From: an uncultured delta proteobacterium
GTDB lineage: Bacteria > Desulfobacterota > Binatia > Binatales > Binataceae
Reading direction: 5' to 3'
Assembly: GCA_963724765.1 (NCBI GenBank)
Contig: CAVRVY010000002.1
Span: 32,001 to 96,000, forward strand
DNA: 64,000 nucleotides
Shown in pieces: positions 10,134 to 21,450 of this stretch. The position numbers and the translations under genes are program-made. The notes beneath the pieces were generated by a model that searched no databases, had not been told where the DNA came from, and worked only from the letters and a program-made list of their open reading frames with translations. Position 1 is the stretch's first letter, and the number at the start of each line of letters is the position of its first letter.

Positions 10134-10376
10134 ATGGCGCGGAAAAAAGGCGTCAAACAAGAGCCGGCCGTCGGAGAGAATCCGTCGCCGACGGAGGACG
10201 AGATCCGCAAGCGTGCGTATGAAATTTATTGCGCCCGTAATGGCGGTCCCGGCAGCGAAACGGACGATTGGCTCAAGGCGCAAGCCGAGCTCAAGGAAAA
10301 GCGCGCGATCTTTGCCGAGGGAAAATCCGGACGCGGTAAGGTTCCCGCCAGCCGGGCCTCGCAGCGACCGCGATAA
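10134..10376 (+). CDS. DUF2934 domain protein
   Basis: EDEIRKRAYEIYCARNGGPGSETDDWLKAQAEL. Confidence 0.8.
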   Translation: MARKKGVKQEPAVGENPSPTEDEIRKRAYEIYCARNGGPGSETDDWLKAQAELKEKRAIFAEGKSGRGKVPASRASQRPR

Positions 10377-10401
10377 AAGCGATAAATAAAGAAGACCACC
10401 A

Positions 10402-10845
10402 GTGGCGAAGTTCTTCAGGAAGATATTGTGTCCGATCGATTTTGATCGCAACTCGCTCGCGGCGCTTGATTACGCGCGCGATCTCGCCAAGCAGCAGGAT
10501 GCCACCCTCCACGTCTTGCACGTGGTATTTATCCCGATGGTCAGTCCGGGTTTTCCCGGCGAACCATATCCGGTGGTTTCCGAAGAACCGAGCAAGCTCG
10601 AACTGCAGGAAATCGCGCGCGAGCATCTGGACGGCAAGGTGCGATACCAAATCGAGACCCGCAGCGGCAGACCGGCGGAAATCATCAACCAGGCGGCGGA
10701 AGACCTCGGCGTCGATCTGATTGTCATGGCCACGCACGGCAGAACGGGTGTCACACGTCTGGTTCTCGGAAGCGTGGCCGAGCACCTAGTCCGCGGCGCG
10801 CGCCGGCCGGTGCTCACAATTCGGCCGCAAGAGGGTTCGGCGTAG
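10402..10845 (+). CDS. universal stress protein
   Basis: KILCPIDF...DLIVMATHGRTG...LGSVAE. Confidence 0.95.
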   Translation: MAKFFRKILCPIDFDRNSLAALDYARDLAKQQDATLHVLHVVFIPMVSPGFPGEPYPVVSEEPSKLELQEIAREHLDGKVRYQIETRSGRPAEIINQAAEDLGVDLIVMATHGRTGVTRLVLGSVAEHLVRGARRPVLTIRPQEGSA

Positions 10846-11001
10846 AAACTCTCCCGGCGGGAATCATTGCTGTCGCGGCGATCCGGACCCTCCCCAACGC
10901 GCGCTCAGTCGACTCTCCAGCAGGCTGCGGAAAAACGGCGGGCATGCTTGACTGTCGTTCGGACGTAGAATAACCCGAAATGAACCGGCGCGAGTCTCGC
11001 A

Positions 11002-11346
11002 ATGCATGAGTTGGCGCTCGCCCGTGACCTGCTGGCCGCGATCGAACGAAAGCTCGATCGCGGCGACGCGCGGGTTGTGCGTGTCAGGGTGAGCGTCGGG
11101 GCGGCGGCCGGAGTCGTGCCGGAATCGTTGCGTTTCGCATTCCGTGCCGTCTGCGAGTGCACGCGCGTGGACGGCGCCGACCTCTCTATCGCCACGATCG
11201 CCGCTCGCAGCCGCTGCGCCGATTGTGGCATAGTTTTCGAGTTCGACGGTTTGATCGGCCGATGTCCCGGATGCGGACGGCTCGGCGGCGAGTTCCTGTC
11301 CGGCGACGACGTGATCCTGCGGGCAATCGAGGTGACCGATGTGTGA
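11002..11346 (+). CDS. hypA: hydrogenase nickel metallochaperone
   Basis: MHE start, CADC and CPGC motifs. Confidence 0.95.
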   Translation: MHELALARDLLAAIERKLDRGDARVVRVRVSVGAAAGVVPESLRFAFRAVCECTRVDGADLSIATIAARSRCADCGIVFEFDGLIGRCPGCGRLGGEFLSGDDVILRAIEVTDV

Positions 11347-12043
11347 CACTTGCGGCTGTGGCGAGCCTGCCGTGCGGACCATCGATGTCAACGAGCGTCT
11401 GGTCGCATCGAGTGCGGCGCAGGCGGAACACAACCGCGCCCATCTCTCGCAACGCGCGATCCTTGCGGTCAACCTTATGGGCACGCCGGGCGCGGGAAAG
11501 ACCGCGCTGCTCGAGGCGGCGATCGCGAAATGGCGCGGCTCCCGGCGCATCGTGGTGATCGAGGGCGACCAGGCGACCGACCGCGACAGCGCGCGCATCC
11601 GTGCCGCCGGTGCGATCGCCCGCCAGGTGGAGACCGGTCTCGGCTGCCATCTCGATGCGCATCAGATCCACGACGCGCTGCATCATCTCGATCTCCGCGA
11701 CGGCGACCTGCTCTTCATCGAAAACGTGGGTAATCTGGTGTGCCCCGCGCTCTTCGATCTCGGCGAGCGGCTGCGCGTGGTGGTGACCAGTCCCGCCGAA
11801 GGCGCCGACAAGCCGCTCAAATATCCGCCGATGTTTCGCGCCGCGCATCTCGTGGTGCTGAACAAGTGCGATTTGCTTGCGCACGTGCCATTCGACCTCG
11901 ATGAATGGACCGGATACGTCCGTGCGATCAATCCGCACGCGCGGATTCTCAGGACCGCGGCGCTCCACGGAGAGGGTATCGGCGAATTGCTGATCGAAAT
12001 CGACAATGTGCGACAGTCGGTTTCCGCGGGCATTTCCGCATGA
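11339..12043 (+). CDS. hypB: hydrogenase nickel incorporation GTPase
   Basis: MCDTCGC, GTPGAGKT, GCHLDA, ENVGNLVCP, NKCD. Confidence 0.95.
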   Translation: MCDTCGCGEPAVRTIDVNERLVASSAAQAEHNRAHLSQRAILAVNLMGTPGAGKTALLEAAIAKWRGSRRIVVIEGDQATDRDSARIRAAGAIARQVETGLGCHLDAHQIHDALHHLDLRDGDLLFIENVGNLVCPALFDLGERLRVVVTSPAEGADKPLKYPPMFRAAHLVVLNKCDLLAHVPFDLDEWTGYVRAINPHARILRTAALHGEGIGELLIEIDNVRQSVSAGISA

Positions 12044-13146
12044 GTGAATCGCTGCACCTGCCCAAGTCCGCGCTCGAGGATCTGATCGCGATTCTGTGGC
12101 GCGAAGGCTTCCGGGTCCTCGGTCCGGTCGCGCGCGACGGCGCGGTCGGATTCGACGAGGTGCGCAAAGTGTCGGACCTGGCAGTCGCGATGCGCGAGAC
12201 GCAGGAGCCCGGGCGCTACCGCCTCGACCAGGGCGCGGCCGAAGAAATTTTCGGAGTGGTGAACGGTGCCGGTTCGCTCAAGCCGTTTTTCTTCGCGCCC
12301 GAAGAAACGCTGCTTACCTTGAATCGCGAGCGCCGCGGTTTCAAGGTCAGCGAAGTGACTCCGGCGGCCCCGCGTCTGGCATTCATCGGCGTGCGCGCGT
12401 GCGACCTCGCCGCGCTGGCCATGCAGGATCGCATTTTTCTCCACGACCGCTTTCACGACACGCACTACCAGGCGCGGCGCAAGGACGCCCTTCTGGTCGC
12501 CGTCAACTGCACCCGTTCCGCGGCGACCTGCTTTTGCGCCTCGATGAAGACCGGCCCGGAGGCCAAAAAGGGGTTCGATCTTTCCCTGACCGAGCTGGAA
12601 CAAGGCTTCGTGATGCGAATCGGCTCGGCCGCCGGCGAAACCATCGCCGCGAAGCTCGGCTTAAGTCCCGCGCCGGACGATGAGGTCGCGACGGCAAAAT
12701 CCCGGATCGACGGATGCGCCGCCGGCATGCGTCGCAGCCTGGACACCGCGGACCTGCCCCGCCTGCTCTACGACGAAGCCGAGAACCCGCGCTGGAAGGA
12801 AGTCGCCGCGCGATGCCTTTCGTGCACGAACTGCACGATGGTTTGTCCGACCTGCTTTTGCCACACCGTCGTCGATCAGGAAGAGATAGACGGCAACATG
12901 ACCCAGCGAGTGCGCAAGTGGGACTCGTGCTTTTCGCTCGAGCACGCGCATATCCACGGAATCAATTTCCGTCCGAAGATCGAGAACCGCTACCGCCAAT
13001 GGCTCACCCACAAGCTGGCTTCCTGGATCGATCAGTTCGGCGCCTCGGGATGCGTGGGATGCGGTCGGTGCATCACCTGGTGCCCGGTGGGTATCGATCT
13101 GACCGAGGAAGTCGCGGCCATCCGCGCCCATCCGGTGAAGCGATGA
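12040..13146 (+). CDS. group 3b [NiFe]-hydrogenase (sulfhydrogenase) beta subunit, 4Fe-4S
   Basis: [40 protein letters not shown]; ATG overlaps the hypB stop. Confidence 0.9.
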   Translation: MSESLHLPKSALEDLIAILWREGFRVLGPVARDGAVGFDEVRKVSDLAVAMRETQEPGRYRLDQGAAEEIFGVVNGAGSLKPFFFAPEETLLTLNRERRGFKVSEVTPAAPRLAFIGVRACDLAALAMQDRIFLHDRFHDTHYQARRKDALLVAVNCTRSAATCFCASMKTGPEAKKGFDLSLTELEQGFVMRIGSAAGETIAAKLGLSPAPDDEVATAKSRIDGCAAGMRRSLDTADLPRLLYDEAENPRWKEVAARCLSCTNCTMVCPTCFCHTVVDQEEIDGNMTQRVRKWDSCFSLEHAHIHGINFRPKIENRYRQWLTHKLASWIDQFGASGCVGCGRCITWCPVGIDLTEEVAAIRAHPVKR

Positions 13147-13970
13147 CTCCCTACATGCTATATCCGGCGCGCATTACCGGGCGCCGCACGGAGACCGCGG
13201 GCATCCACACGTTCACCATGCGCTTCGTCGACCGTGAAGTGCGCAGTGCGTACCGCTTCAGGGCGGGGCAGTTCAACATGCTCTATACCTTCGGCGTGGG
13301 CGAGGTCCCGATTTCGATCGTTTCCGATCCCGACGATCCGGAAAACCTCGAACACACGATCCGGATTGCCGGGCGCGTCACCGGCGTGATGGGCGGATGG
13401 AAAGTCGGCGACGTGGTGGGAGTGCGCGGCCCGTACGGCAACGGATGGCCGGTCGAAGAGGCGCGCGGCCGCGATATCGTGATCATCACCGGCGGCCTGG
13501 GCTGTGCCCCGGTCGTCGGGCTCATCAACTACATCTTCCGCCGCCGCGACCAATACGGCGAGTTGCATATTCTGCACGGCGTGAAGACGCCGCACGATCT
13601 TCTGTACCGCGAGCGCTTCGACGAGTGGCGCCGCGCTCCGCGCACCAAGGTCTACCTCACGGCGGACCAGCCCGACAAAAGCTGGCATTACAAAATCGGC
13701 GTGGTGACGGAGCTTTTCGACGAACTCACCGTGCCTCCGTCATCGATGGTGATGATGTGCGGCCCGGAAGTGATGATGCGGTACGCGGCTCATTCGCTGC
13801 GCGACAAGGGCATCGGCGACGAAGCGATCTATCTTTCGATGGAACGGCGGATGGAGTGCGCGGTCGGGCTTTGCGGCCATTGCCAGTACCGCGAGCATTT
13901 CGTGTGCAAGGACGGGCCCATATTTTCCTTTCGCACGGTCCGCGAACTGTTCGGGATATCGAACATATGA
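13143..13970 (+). CDS. group 3b hydrogenase gamma subunit (FAD/NAD(P)-binding, 2Fe-2S)
   Basis: [43 protein letters not shown]...VCKDGP. Confidence 0.9.
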   Translation: MTPYMLYPARITGRRTETAGIHTFTMRFVDREVRSAYRFRAGQFNMLYTFGVGEVPISIVSDPDDPENLEHTIRIAGRVTGVMGGWKVGDVVGVRGPYGNGWPVEEARGRDIVIITGGLGCAPVVGLINYIFRRRDQYGELHILHGVKTPHDLLYRERFDEWRRAPRTKVYLTADQPDKSWHYKIGVVTELFDELTVPPSSMVMMCGPEVMMRYAAHSLRDKGIGDEAIYLSMERRMECAVGLCGHCQYREHFVCKDGPIFSFRTVRELFGISNI

Positions 13971-14743
13971 AAGCTCGCGTCGCAGTATTCAAGTTCGCCT
14001 CGTGCGACGGCTGCCAGTTGCAGTTCCTCAACGCCGAGGACGAGTTGTTGAAGCTCGCGGGCCAGGTGGATTTCGTTTATTTCCCCGAAGCGCGAAGCCG
14101 CATGCTCGAAGGCCCGTACGACATCGCCTTCGTCGAGGGCAGCATCACGACTCCAGACGACGCGCGCCGCATTGTCAGGGTGCGCGAGGAAAGCCGCTAT
14201 CTGGTGACCATCGGCGCCTGTGCGGCGGCGGGCGGAATCCAGGCGCTGCGCAATTGGGCCGATGTCGAGGCCTACAAACGCGTCGTCTACCCGAGCCCCG
14301 AGTTCATCTCGACGCTTTCGACTTCCACTCCTGTTTCCGAGCACGTTCGCGTCGACTTCGAACTGTGGGGCTGTCCCGTCGACAAGCATCAGCTGCTCGG
14401 CGTGGTGCGCTCGCTGTTGTCCGGGGCGCAGCCGACGGTGCCGGGGCACAGCGTGTGCATGGAGTGCAAGCGGCGCGGCAACGTATGTGTGGTGGTGGCG
14501 CGTGGTGAGCCGTGTTTGGGTCCCGTGACGCGCGCCGGATGCGGAGCGCTGTGCCCCGCGTTCAATCGCGGATGCTATGGATGCTTCGGGCCGGCCGACG
14601 ATCAGAACATGGAATCGTTCGCGCGATTGCTGGCCGGCCTGGGGATTACGGGCGACGACGCCGTGCGGCGTCTGCGCGGAATAAACGGTTACGTGCGGCC
14701 CTGGCGGGAGACCGCGGATGCCATCGCGGCGGGCAAAAAGTAG
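13967..14743 (+). CDS. group 3b hydrogenase small (delta) subunit
   Basis: FKFASCDGC, VEGSI, GACA, WGCP, VCMECK, CLGPVTRAGCGALCP, CYGCFG. Confidence 0.9.
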   Translation: MKARVAVFKFASCDGCQLQFLNAEDELLKLAGQVDFVYFPEARSRMLEGPYDIAFVEGSITTPDDARRIVRVREESRYLVTIGACAAAGGIQALRNWADVEAYKRVVYPSPEFISTLSTSTPVSEHVRVDFELWGCPVDKHQLLGVVRSLLSGAQPTVPGHSVCMECKRRGNVCVVVARGEPCLGPVTRAGCGALCPAFNRGCYGCFGPADDQNMESFARLLAGLGITGDDAVRRLRGINGYVRPWRETADAIAAGKK

Positions 14744-16022
14744 AACCATCCAGATCAACTACCTGGCCCGCGCCGAGGGCGAGGGCGCCCTGCGCATCCA
14801 CCTGCGCGACGGCGAGTTGGTCGATCTGCGTCTCGAAATTTTCGAGGCGCCCCGGTTCTTCGAATCCTTTTTGCGCGGACGCGACTCGCGCGAGGCGCCG
14901 GACCTCACCGCGCGCATCTGCGGCATCTGCCCGGTCGCATATCAGATGAGCACGGTCCACGCTTTCGAGCGCCTGTACGGCATCGCGATCGATCCGGCCG
15001 TCCGCGAACTGCGCCGCCTCTATCTCTGCGGCGAATGGATCGAAAGCCACGCCCTGCACATTCATATGCTGGCGGCGCCGGACTTCCTCGGATGCGACAG
15101 CATCATCACGCTGGCCGACAAGGATCGCGCGGCGGTCGAGCGCGGCCTGAGAATCAAGAAAGCCGGCAACGCAATTATTGCGATGCTCGGCGGCCGATCG
15201 GTGCATCCGGTGGGCGCGTGTATCGGCGGCTTCACCCGAACCCCCGGGCGCGATCGGCTCGCCGATCTGCGCGAGCAGCTTCTCGGCGTTCGCGCCGACG
15301 CGGTCGAATGCGTGCGATGGGTTTCGCACTTCGACTTGCCCGCCGTTACCCGCGATATCGAATTCGTCTCCCTGCGGCATCCGCGTGAATATCCGATGAA
15401 CGAGGGGCGGATAACCTCCAGCAAGGGCATCGACGCGACGCCCGACGACTTCGACGATTTCTTCGAAGAGCATCAGGTGCCGTACTCGAACGCGCTGCAC
15501 TGCAAGGTCAAAGGCCGCGGGCCCTATTTCCTCGGGCCGCTTGCGCGCGTGAACCTGAATTTCGACCGGATGGGCCCGGAAGTAACCTCAGTCGCGCGCG
15601 AGACCGGAATCGCCTGGCCCAATTCAAACCCCTACACGAGCATCGTCGCCCGCGCCCTTGAAGTTTTGTACGCGATCGACGAGGCGGTCAGAGTGATCGA
15701 CGCTTACCAACCGCCGCCGGCGCCGGCCGCGTCGTTCCAACCGCGTTCCGGTGTCGGCCGCGCGATTACCGAGGCGCCGCGCGGCTCGCTGTACCACGCG
15801 TTCGAGACCGACCATCGCGGTCTCATACACTCTGCGCGAATCGTGCCGCCGACGTCGCAAAACCAGGCGCGAATCGAAACCGACCTGCGCGAGATGGTTC
15901 CGGACATCGTTCAGCGCAGCCAGGCCGAGGCCACGCACATGTGCGAAATGGCGATTCGCAACTACGATCCGTGCATTTCGTGTTCGACGCACTTTTTGAA
16001 GCTCGAGATCGAACGGCATTGA
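14718..16022 (+). CDS. group 3b [NiFe]-hydrogenase large (alpha) subunit
   Basis: L1 motif RICGICPVAY, EAPRG, L2 motif DPCISCSTH followed by a short C-terminal tail. Confidence 0.95.
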   Translation: MPSRRAKSRTIQINYLARAEGEGALRIHLRDGELVDLRLEIFEAPRFFESFLRGRDSREAPDLTARICGICPVAYQMSTVHAFERLYGIAIDPAVRELRRLYLCGEWIESHALHIHMLAAPDFLGCDSIITLADKDRAAVERGLRIKKAGNAIIAMLGGRSVHPVGACIGGFTRTPGRDRLADLREQLLGVRADAVECVRWVSHFDLPAVTRDIEFVSLRHPREYPMNEGRITSSKGIDATPDDFDDFFEEHQVPYSNALHCKVKGRGPYFLGPLARVNLNFDRMGPEVTSVARETGIAWPNSNPYTSIVARALEVLYAIDEAVRVIDAYQPPPAPAASFQPRSGVGRAITEAPRGSLYHAFETDHRGLIHSARIVPPTSQNQARIETDLREMVPDIVQRSQAEATHMCEMAIRNYDPCISCSTHFLKLEIERH

Positions 16023-18793
16023 TCCGCATTATCGGAATCGGCAGTCCCTTCGGCGATGACGCCGCGGGGTTGGAGGCCGCGCGAATGTTAGCCGCCGCGC
16101 CTGCGCCGAATTGCGAGGTCCTCGCGGCCGATCGCCCGGGTGCGGAGCTGGTGGATTTGTTGGAAGGCGCCGCCGCCGTGATTCTAATCGACGCGGTGCG
16201 CTCGGGAGCGCCGCCCGGGACGATCCATGAATTCCGGTTCGATGAACTGGACCGCTGCCCGACGGGCTTCGTGTCTTCGCACGATTTGGGCGTCGCCGCG
16301 GCAGTTCAGCTCGCGCGAAAGCTGGGGCGCGCGCCCGCGTCGGGCAGAATAATCGGAATTGAAATCGCATCAGGGAGCACGGCGCAGTTCGGCGGGCTGA
16401 GCGCCGGAACGCGCGAAGCGGTGTGCAGGGCGGTCGAGCGGGTGCGGTCGGCGGCCGTGGAATTCGACGATCGGGGACGCGAGTGCCTGATGATCGCCGG
16501 GACGGTTCAGGGCGTCGGTTTGCGGCCGTTTGTGTGGCGGCTTGCGAAATCACTGCGGCTCACCGGTTTCGTGCGTAACGTCCCCTCCGGAGTCGAGATC
16601 GAAATCGAAGGCGGCCGCGTTCATCTGCGCGAGTTTCGCTGCCGCCTGCAGGCGGAGCTTCCCTGCGCGGCCAGCATCGAAAGCATCGAGGCCGAGCCGC
16701 TGCCGCTGCGCGGCGACACGGAGTTTTCCGCGATGCCGAGTGAGCGCGGACGCGCCGCCACGACTATTCCGCCTGACCTCGCCGCGTGCGCCGAGTGCGT
16801 GCGCGAGATTTTCGATCCCGCCGACCGCCGCTATCGTTATCCATTTACCAACTGCACTGCGTGCGGTCCGCGATTCACCGTGGTTCGCGCGCTGCCCTAC
16901 GATCGCCGGAACACTACGTTGCGCGGCTTTCCGCTGTGCGGCCAGTGCCTGCGCGAGTATGAGGATCCTTCGAATCGGCGCTTCAGGGCCGAACCGATCG
17001 CATGTTCCGAGTGCGGGCCCAAGGCGTGGCTCGAAGTGAGGACGCCGGGATGGAACGACGCGGGGGCCGGCGGCGATTGCGTTGCGCGCGCGGCGGCGAT
17101 TCTGCGGGCGGGCGGTGTGGTCGCCGTTCAGGGCATCGGCGGTGTCCATCTCGCGTGCGACGCCACCAGCGAAGCGGCTGTCGCCCGGCTGCGGGTTATC
17201 AAAAGGCGGGTGGACAAGCCGCTCGCCGTCATGGTCGATTCGATCGGCGCGGCGCGAAGTTTCGCGGAGGTCTCCGCTGAGCAAGGTGACCTCCTCACGG
17301 AGCCGCAAGCGCCGATCGTTTTGCTGCGCAAAGGCAAGGGCGCTCGCCTCGCGCGTGCGATCGCGCCGGGAAACGACCACGTCGGAGTAATGATCGCCTA
17401 CTCGCCGCTGCATCACTTGCTGGTGCGCGACGCGGCTCGCCCGCTCGTAATGACCAGCGCCAACCGGCCGGGCGAGCCGCTGGCTCGCAACGGCGATGAA
17501 GCGCGCGCGATATTCGGGGACCAGGTCGACGCGTTGCTGCTGCACGACCGGCCCATACATCAGCGTTGCGATGACGGCGTCTGGATCGCCGGGCCGCGCG
17601 GTCGGCAACCGATTCGACTAAGCCGCGGCGGCACGCCGCGCGTGCTCAGCGTGCCGGTCGCGGCCCCGGTTCCGATTCTCGGTATGGGCGGCGATATCAA
17701 GAACAGCTTCTGCCTCCTGTCCAACGGCGCCGCCATGATGAGCCAGTACATCGGAACGCTGGAGAGCGTGGCGACGCAGGATCACTTTCGCGATTCGCTG
17801 GAGAAATGGATCGCGATGAGCGGTGTCGCGTTGCGCGTCGCCGCTCACGATCTGCATCCGCAATCGATCGGCCGCGAAATTGCGGAGCGCCTCGAGGTGG
17901 AAACCATCGGCGTGCAGCATCATCACGCGCACGTCGCCGCGTGCATGGCGGAAAACGGCCACCGGCGCCCCGTGATTGGTATCGCCTTCGACGGGACCGG
18001 CTACGGCCCCGACGGTGCAATCTGGGGCGGCGAGGCGATGATCGCCGACTATCGGGACTTTCGCCGGGTCTCGCATCTCCAGTATCTGCCGCTTGCCGGA
18101 GGCGACGCCGCGGTTCGCCACCCCACGCGAATCGCCGCGGCATTCACGCTCGCGCTGTTCGGATCGAAGTTCGGCGATCGAGTATCGGGGCTGGTGGGCG
18201 AAGAAAATGCGCGCATTCTCGCGACGATGGTCGATCAGCGTATCAACACGGTCGAGACTTCCAGTTGTGGCCGGCTGTTCGACGCGGTGGCGGCGCTGCT
18301 CGGTGTGCGGGACGAAATCACCTACGAAGCGCAGGCCGCGATCGAACTGGAAGCGCTGGCCCGCAGCGCGATTTCGTCGAATCATCTCTATCCGTTTTCG
18401 ATGCGCGACGGGGCCGTCCAGACCGGAGATATCCTCGCCGCCGTCATCGACGATCTGGAAAGCAAAACGTCGAAAGTTAAGATAGCGCGGGCGTTTCACG
18501 ACACGATGGCGGAAGTCGCGGCGCGAATGGCGGTGGACGCGCGCGCAAGCAGCGGCATCGGGGTCGTGGCGCTCAGCGGCGGATGTTTTCAAAACCGTCT
18601 GCTGCAAGCGGCGGCGATCCGGCGCATCGAGCGAGAAGGTTTCAGCGTCCTGGTTCATCGCCGGGTGCCGGCCAATGATGGCGGATTGGCCTTAGGGCAA
18701 GCGGTGGTCGCGGCGGCGCGGCTCAACTCTGAATCTCCGGAGGTTCGTCATGTGTCTTGGGGTGCCCGGCAGGATAATCACGATCGTCGATGA
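16019..18793 (+). CDS. hypF: fusion: hydrogenase maturation protease + carbamoyltransferase HypF
   Basis: TTG start overlapping the large-subunit stop. Protease motifs IIGIGSPFGDDAAG, LIDAV, SSHDLG run in frame into GTVQGVGLRPFV, CAEC, NCTACGPRF, QHHHAH, DGTGYG, PANDGG. Confidence 0.9.
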   Translation: MIRIIGIGSPFGDDAAGLEAARMLAAAPAPNCEVLAADRPGAELVDLLEGAAAVILIDAVRSGAPPGTIHEFRFDELDRCPTGFVSSHDLGVAAAVQLARKLGRAPASGRIIGIEIASGSTAQFGGLSAGTREAVCRAVERVRSAAVEFDDRGRECLMIAGTVQGVGLRPFVWRLAKSLRLTGFVRNVPSGVEIEIEGGRVHLREFRCRLQAELPCAASIESIEAEPLPLRGDTEFSAMPSERGRAATTIPPDLAACAECVREIFDPADRRYRYPFTNCTACGPRFTVVRALPYDRRNTTLRGFPLCGQCLREYEDPSNRRFRAEPIACSECGPKAWLEVRTPGWNDAGAGGDCVARAAAILRAGGVVAVQGIGGVHLACDATSEAAVARLRVIKRRVDKPLAVMVDSIGAARSFAEVSAEQGDLLTEPQAPIVLLRKGKGARLARAIAPGNDHVGVMIAYSPLHHLLVRDAARPLVMTSANRPGEPLARNGDEARAIFGDQVDALLLHDRPIHQRCDDGVWIAGPRGRQPIRLSRGGTPRVLSVPVAAPVPILGMGGDIKNSFCLLSNGAAMMSQYIGTLESVATQDHFRDSLEKWIAMSGVALRVAAHDLHPQSIGREIAERLEVETIGVQHHHAHVAACMAENGHRRPVIGIAFDGTGYGPDGAIWGGEAMIADYRDFRRVSHLQYLPLAGGDAAVRHPTRIAAAFTLALFGSKFGDRVSGLVGEENARILATMVDQRINTVETSSCGRLFDAVAALLGVRDEITYEAQAAIELEALARSAISSNHLYPFSMRDGAVQTGDILAAVIDDLESKTSKVKIARAFHDTMAEVAARMAVDARASSGIGVVALSGGCFQNRLLQAAAIRRIEREGFSVLVHRRVPANDGGLALGQAVVAAARLNSESPEVRHVSWGARQDNHDRR

Positions 18794-18998
18794 GCAGGGC
18801 CTGCGGATGGGCGAAATCGATTTCGGCGGCGTCACACGCAAGGTGTGCCTCGCCTATGTGCCGGAGGCAATCGTCGGCGATTACGCGATCGTGCACGCGG
18901 GTTTCGCGATCGGCAAGGTGGATGAAGAAGAAGCGGAGCGAACGCTCGAGCTGGTCGGCGAAATCGAAAGGCATCTCGCAGAGGAAGAGGAGCCATGA
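18750..18998 (+). CDS. hypC: hydrogenase chaperone
   Basis: MCLGVPG, VHAGFAI. Confidence 0.95.
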   Translation: MCLGVPGRIITIVDEQGLRMGEIDFGGVTRKVCLAYVPEAIVGDYAIVHAGFAIGKVDEEEAERTLELVGEIERHLAEEEEP

Positions 18999-20107
18999 AA
19001 TTCCTCGACGAATTTCGCGACGCGTCCGTAGCCCATGGCCTGATCGAGCGGATTCGCCGAACCGTCACGCGGCCCTGGACTATCATGGAAGTCTGCGGCG
19101 GACAGACCCATACCATCGTTCGCTACGGACTCGATGAATTGCTGCCGCGCGAGGTGACGCTGGTTCACGGTCCCGGATGCCCCGTGTGCGTGACGCCGAT
19201 CGAGATGATCGATCTGGCGATCGAGCTATCGGGACGCCCGGGCCTTACGCTGTGTTCGTTCGGCGACATGCTCCGTGTGCCCGGCTCCTCGTGTGACCTG
19301 TTCGACGCGCGTGCGGCCGGCGCCGATGTGCGGGTGGTCTATTCGCCGCTCGATGCGCTGGATCTGGCCCGCCGCGAACCCGCGCGCGAGGTGGTGTTCT
19401 TTGCGGTGGGATTCGAAACGACCGCGCCGACCACTGCGATGGCCGTTCGTCAGGCCGCGCGTCTCGGAATCGCCAAGTTTTCGGTCATCGCCGCGCACGT
19501 GCGCGTTCCGCCCGCCATCGAGGCGATACTTTCCTCCAGCGACAATCGAGTGCAGGGATTTTTGGCGGCGGGCCACGTATGCACGGTCATGGGTGTCGAC
19601 GAGTACCGGCCGCTGGTCGAGAAGTTCAAAGTGCCGATAGTCGTCACCGGCTTCGAGCCGGTGGACCTGCTGCAAGGCGTGGCGATGTGTGTGGCGCAGC
19701 TCGAAGAGGGCCGCGCCGAGGTTGAAAATCAATACGCGCGAGCGGTGCGCAACGAGGGCAACGTCACCGCGCGCGATCTGATGGCGGAAGTGTTCACCTT
19801 CGTCGATCGGCGATGGCGCGGCTTCGATACCCTGTCGAAAAGCGCGCTGGCCCTGAGCGATCGTTACGCGGCTTACGATGCGATTCGGCGGTTTGGCCTG
19901 ACGCGGGCGCCCGCGAACGAGCCCGTGGAATGTCGCGCCGGCCAGGTGTTGCGCGGTCTGCTCAAACCCACGCAATGCCCGGCCTTTGGAAGCTCATGCA
20001 CGCCGGATCATCCGCTCGGCGCTCCGATGGTTTCCGCGGAAGGCGCCTGCGCCGCATATTTTCGTGCCGGCCGGCTCGCCGCGGCGGCGGAGACGGAGGC
20101 GAAATGA
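18995..20107 (+). CDS. hypD: hydrogenase formation protein
   Basis: [32 protein letters not shown]. Confidence 0.95.
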   Translation: MKFLDEFRDASVAHGLIERIRRTVTRPWTIMEVCGGQTHTIVRYGLDELLPREVTLVHGPGCPVCVTPIEMIDLAIELSGRPGLTLCSFGDMLRVPGSSCDLFDARAAGADVRVVYSPLDALDLARREPAREVVFFAVGFETTAPTTAMAVRQAARLGIAKFSVIAAHVRVPPAIEAILSSSDNRVQGFLAAGHVCTVMGVDEYRPLVEKFKVPIVVTGFEPVDLLQGVAMCVAQLEEGRAEVENQYARAVRNEGNVTARDLMAEVFTFVDRRWRGFDTLSKSALALSDRYAAYDAIRRFGLTRAPANEPVECRAGQVLRGLLKPTQCPAFGSSCTPDHPLGAPMVSAEGACAAYFRAGRLAAAAETEAK

Positions 20108-21171
20108 GCGCTTCGGATCGCAACGGCTCTCCGGCTTCGCTCAGTTGTCCCGTGCCGGCGCGCAAGGGCGAAGTCATCGTACTTGGTCACGGAAGCGGCG
20201 GGCGGCTGACGGCCGAATTGATAGGCAAAGTGTTTCTGCCCGCGCTGGCCAATCCAGTTCTCAGTCGCCTCAACAACAGCGCCGAGATAAAGGTGGGCGC
20301 GAGCCGGGTCGCGTTCACTACCGATTCGTTCGTGGTGAATCCGCTCCGCTTTCCGGGCGGCGATATCGGATCGCTCGCGGTCAACGGCACGGTCAACGAT
20401 CTGGCGGTGGCGGGCGCTCAGCCGATCGGATTGTCGGCCGCGTTTATCCTCGAAGAAGGCTTTCCGATCGCGGAACTCGCGGCGATCGTCCGATCGATGC
20501 GTGCGGCGGCCGACCGCGCCGGCGTCGCGGTGATCGCGGCGGACACGAAAGTCGTCGAACACGGCAACGCGGACGGCCTCTTCATCACGACCAGCGGCGT
20601 GGGCGTGGTGGCAGGCGGGGTCGAGCTCGGGCCCGAGCGAATCCAGGCCGGCGACGCGGTGCTGGTCAGCGGCCCGATTGGCGATCACGGAATCGCCGTG
20701 ATGTCGGCCCGCGAGGGGCTTGAATTCCAAACCACGATCGTCAGCGATAGCGCCCCGCTGAGCGGCCTCGTTCTCCCGATGCTGGAAAGCGGCGGGGCGA
20801 TTCGATGCATGCGCGATCCCACGCGCGGCGGCGTTGCCACGGTGGTCAACGAGCTGGCGAAAAGCTCCGGCGTCGAAATAGTCATCGAGGAGACCGCGGT
20901 GCCGGTGCGCGACGGCGTCCGCGCGGCATGCGAAATCCTCGGCCTCGATCCATTGTACTTCGCATGCGAGGGCAGGCTGGTCGCGATCGTCGACCAGGCG
21001 GATGCGGACCAAATGCTTGAGGCGATGCGCCGCCATCCGCTCGGCAGCGGCTCCTGTCGAATCGGCGCCGTTACCCGAAGCGGCGCGCCGCGCGTGCTGC
21101 TGCGAACGGCCTTCGGAACCATCCGTCTGCTCGACGTGCTCGCCGGCGCGCAACTCCCGCGCATCTGCTGA
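20104..21171 (+). CDS. hypE: hydrogenase carbamoyl dehydratase
   Basis: HGSGG, DPTRGG, C-terminal LPRIC. Confidence 0.95.
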   Translation: MSASDRNGSPASLSCPVPARKGEVIVLGHGSGGRLTAELIGKVFLPALANPVLSRLNNSAEIKVGASRVAFTTDSFVVNPLRFPGGDIGSLAVNGTVNDLAVAGAQPIGLSAAFILEEGFPIAELAAIVRSMRAAADRAGVAVIAADTKVVEHGNADGLFITTSGVGVVAGGVELGPERIQAGDAVLVSGPIGDHGIAVMSAREGLEFQTTIVSDSAPLSGLVLPMLESGGAIRCMRDPTRGGVATVVNELAKSSGVEIVIEETAVPVRDGVRAACEILGLDPLYFACEGRLVAIVDQADADQMLEAMRRHPLGSGSCRIGAVTRSGAPRVLLRTAFGTIRLLDVLAGAQLPRIC

Positions 21172-21393
21172 GGTTGCTTTGGCCGCCGCCACCTCGTCCA
21201 ACGGCCTGAGCGCCATCAGCCGCGCGTTTGCGGCGAACCTGTCGAAGCAGTCATCCGTCTGGCACAATTATCATGATTCCTATGCGCGGAAAGGAGACAG
21301 GTCTGGCGCCGGAGGAGTCATCGTCATGCTCCGCAAACGGTCCGCGAGCGAAACGGCCAGCGCTCAAAGGCAAGTCTGAACGGCCCGGCCTCG

Positions 21394-21409
21394 TGGCACG
21401 GGCAATGCT
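21394..21409 (+). promoter_or_regulatory. sigma-54 (-24/-12) promoter-like element
   Basis: TGGCACGGGCAATGCT (GG-N10-GC) about 40 bp upstream of 21451. Confidence 0.5.
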
Positions 21410-21450
21410 CAAAGCTCAGGTAGTTCCAAACATTTGGACGAGGCCGAACG

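Noticed and set aside
11905-15941. ORF-track starts at 11905, 12714, 13397 and 15941
   Set aside because: They overlap upstream genes; starts at 12040, 13143, 13967 and 16019 give stop/start overlaps.
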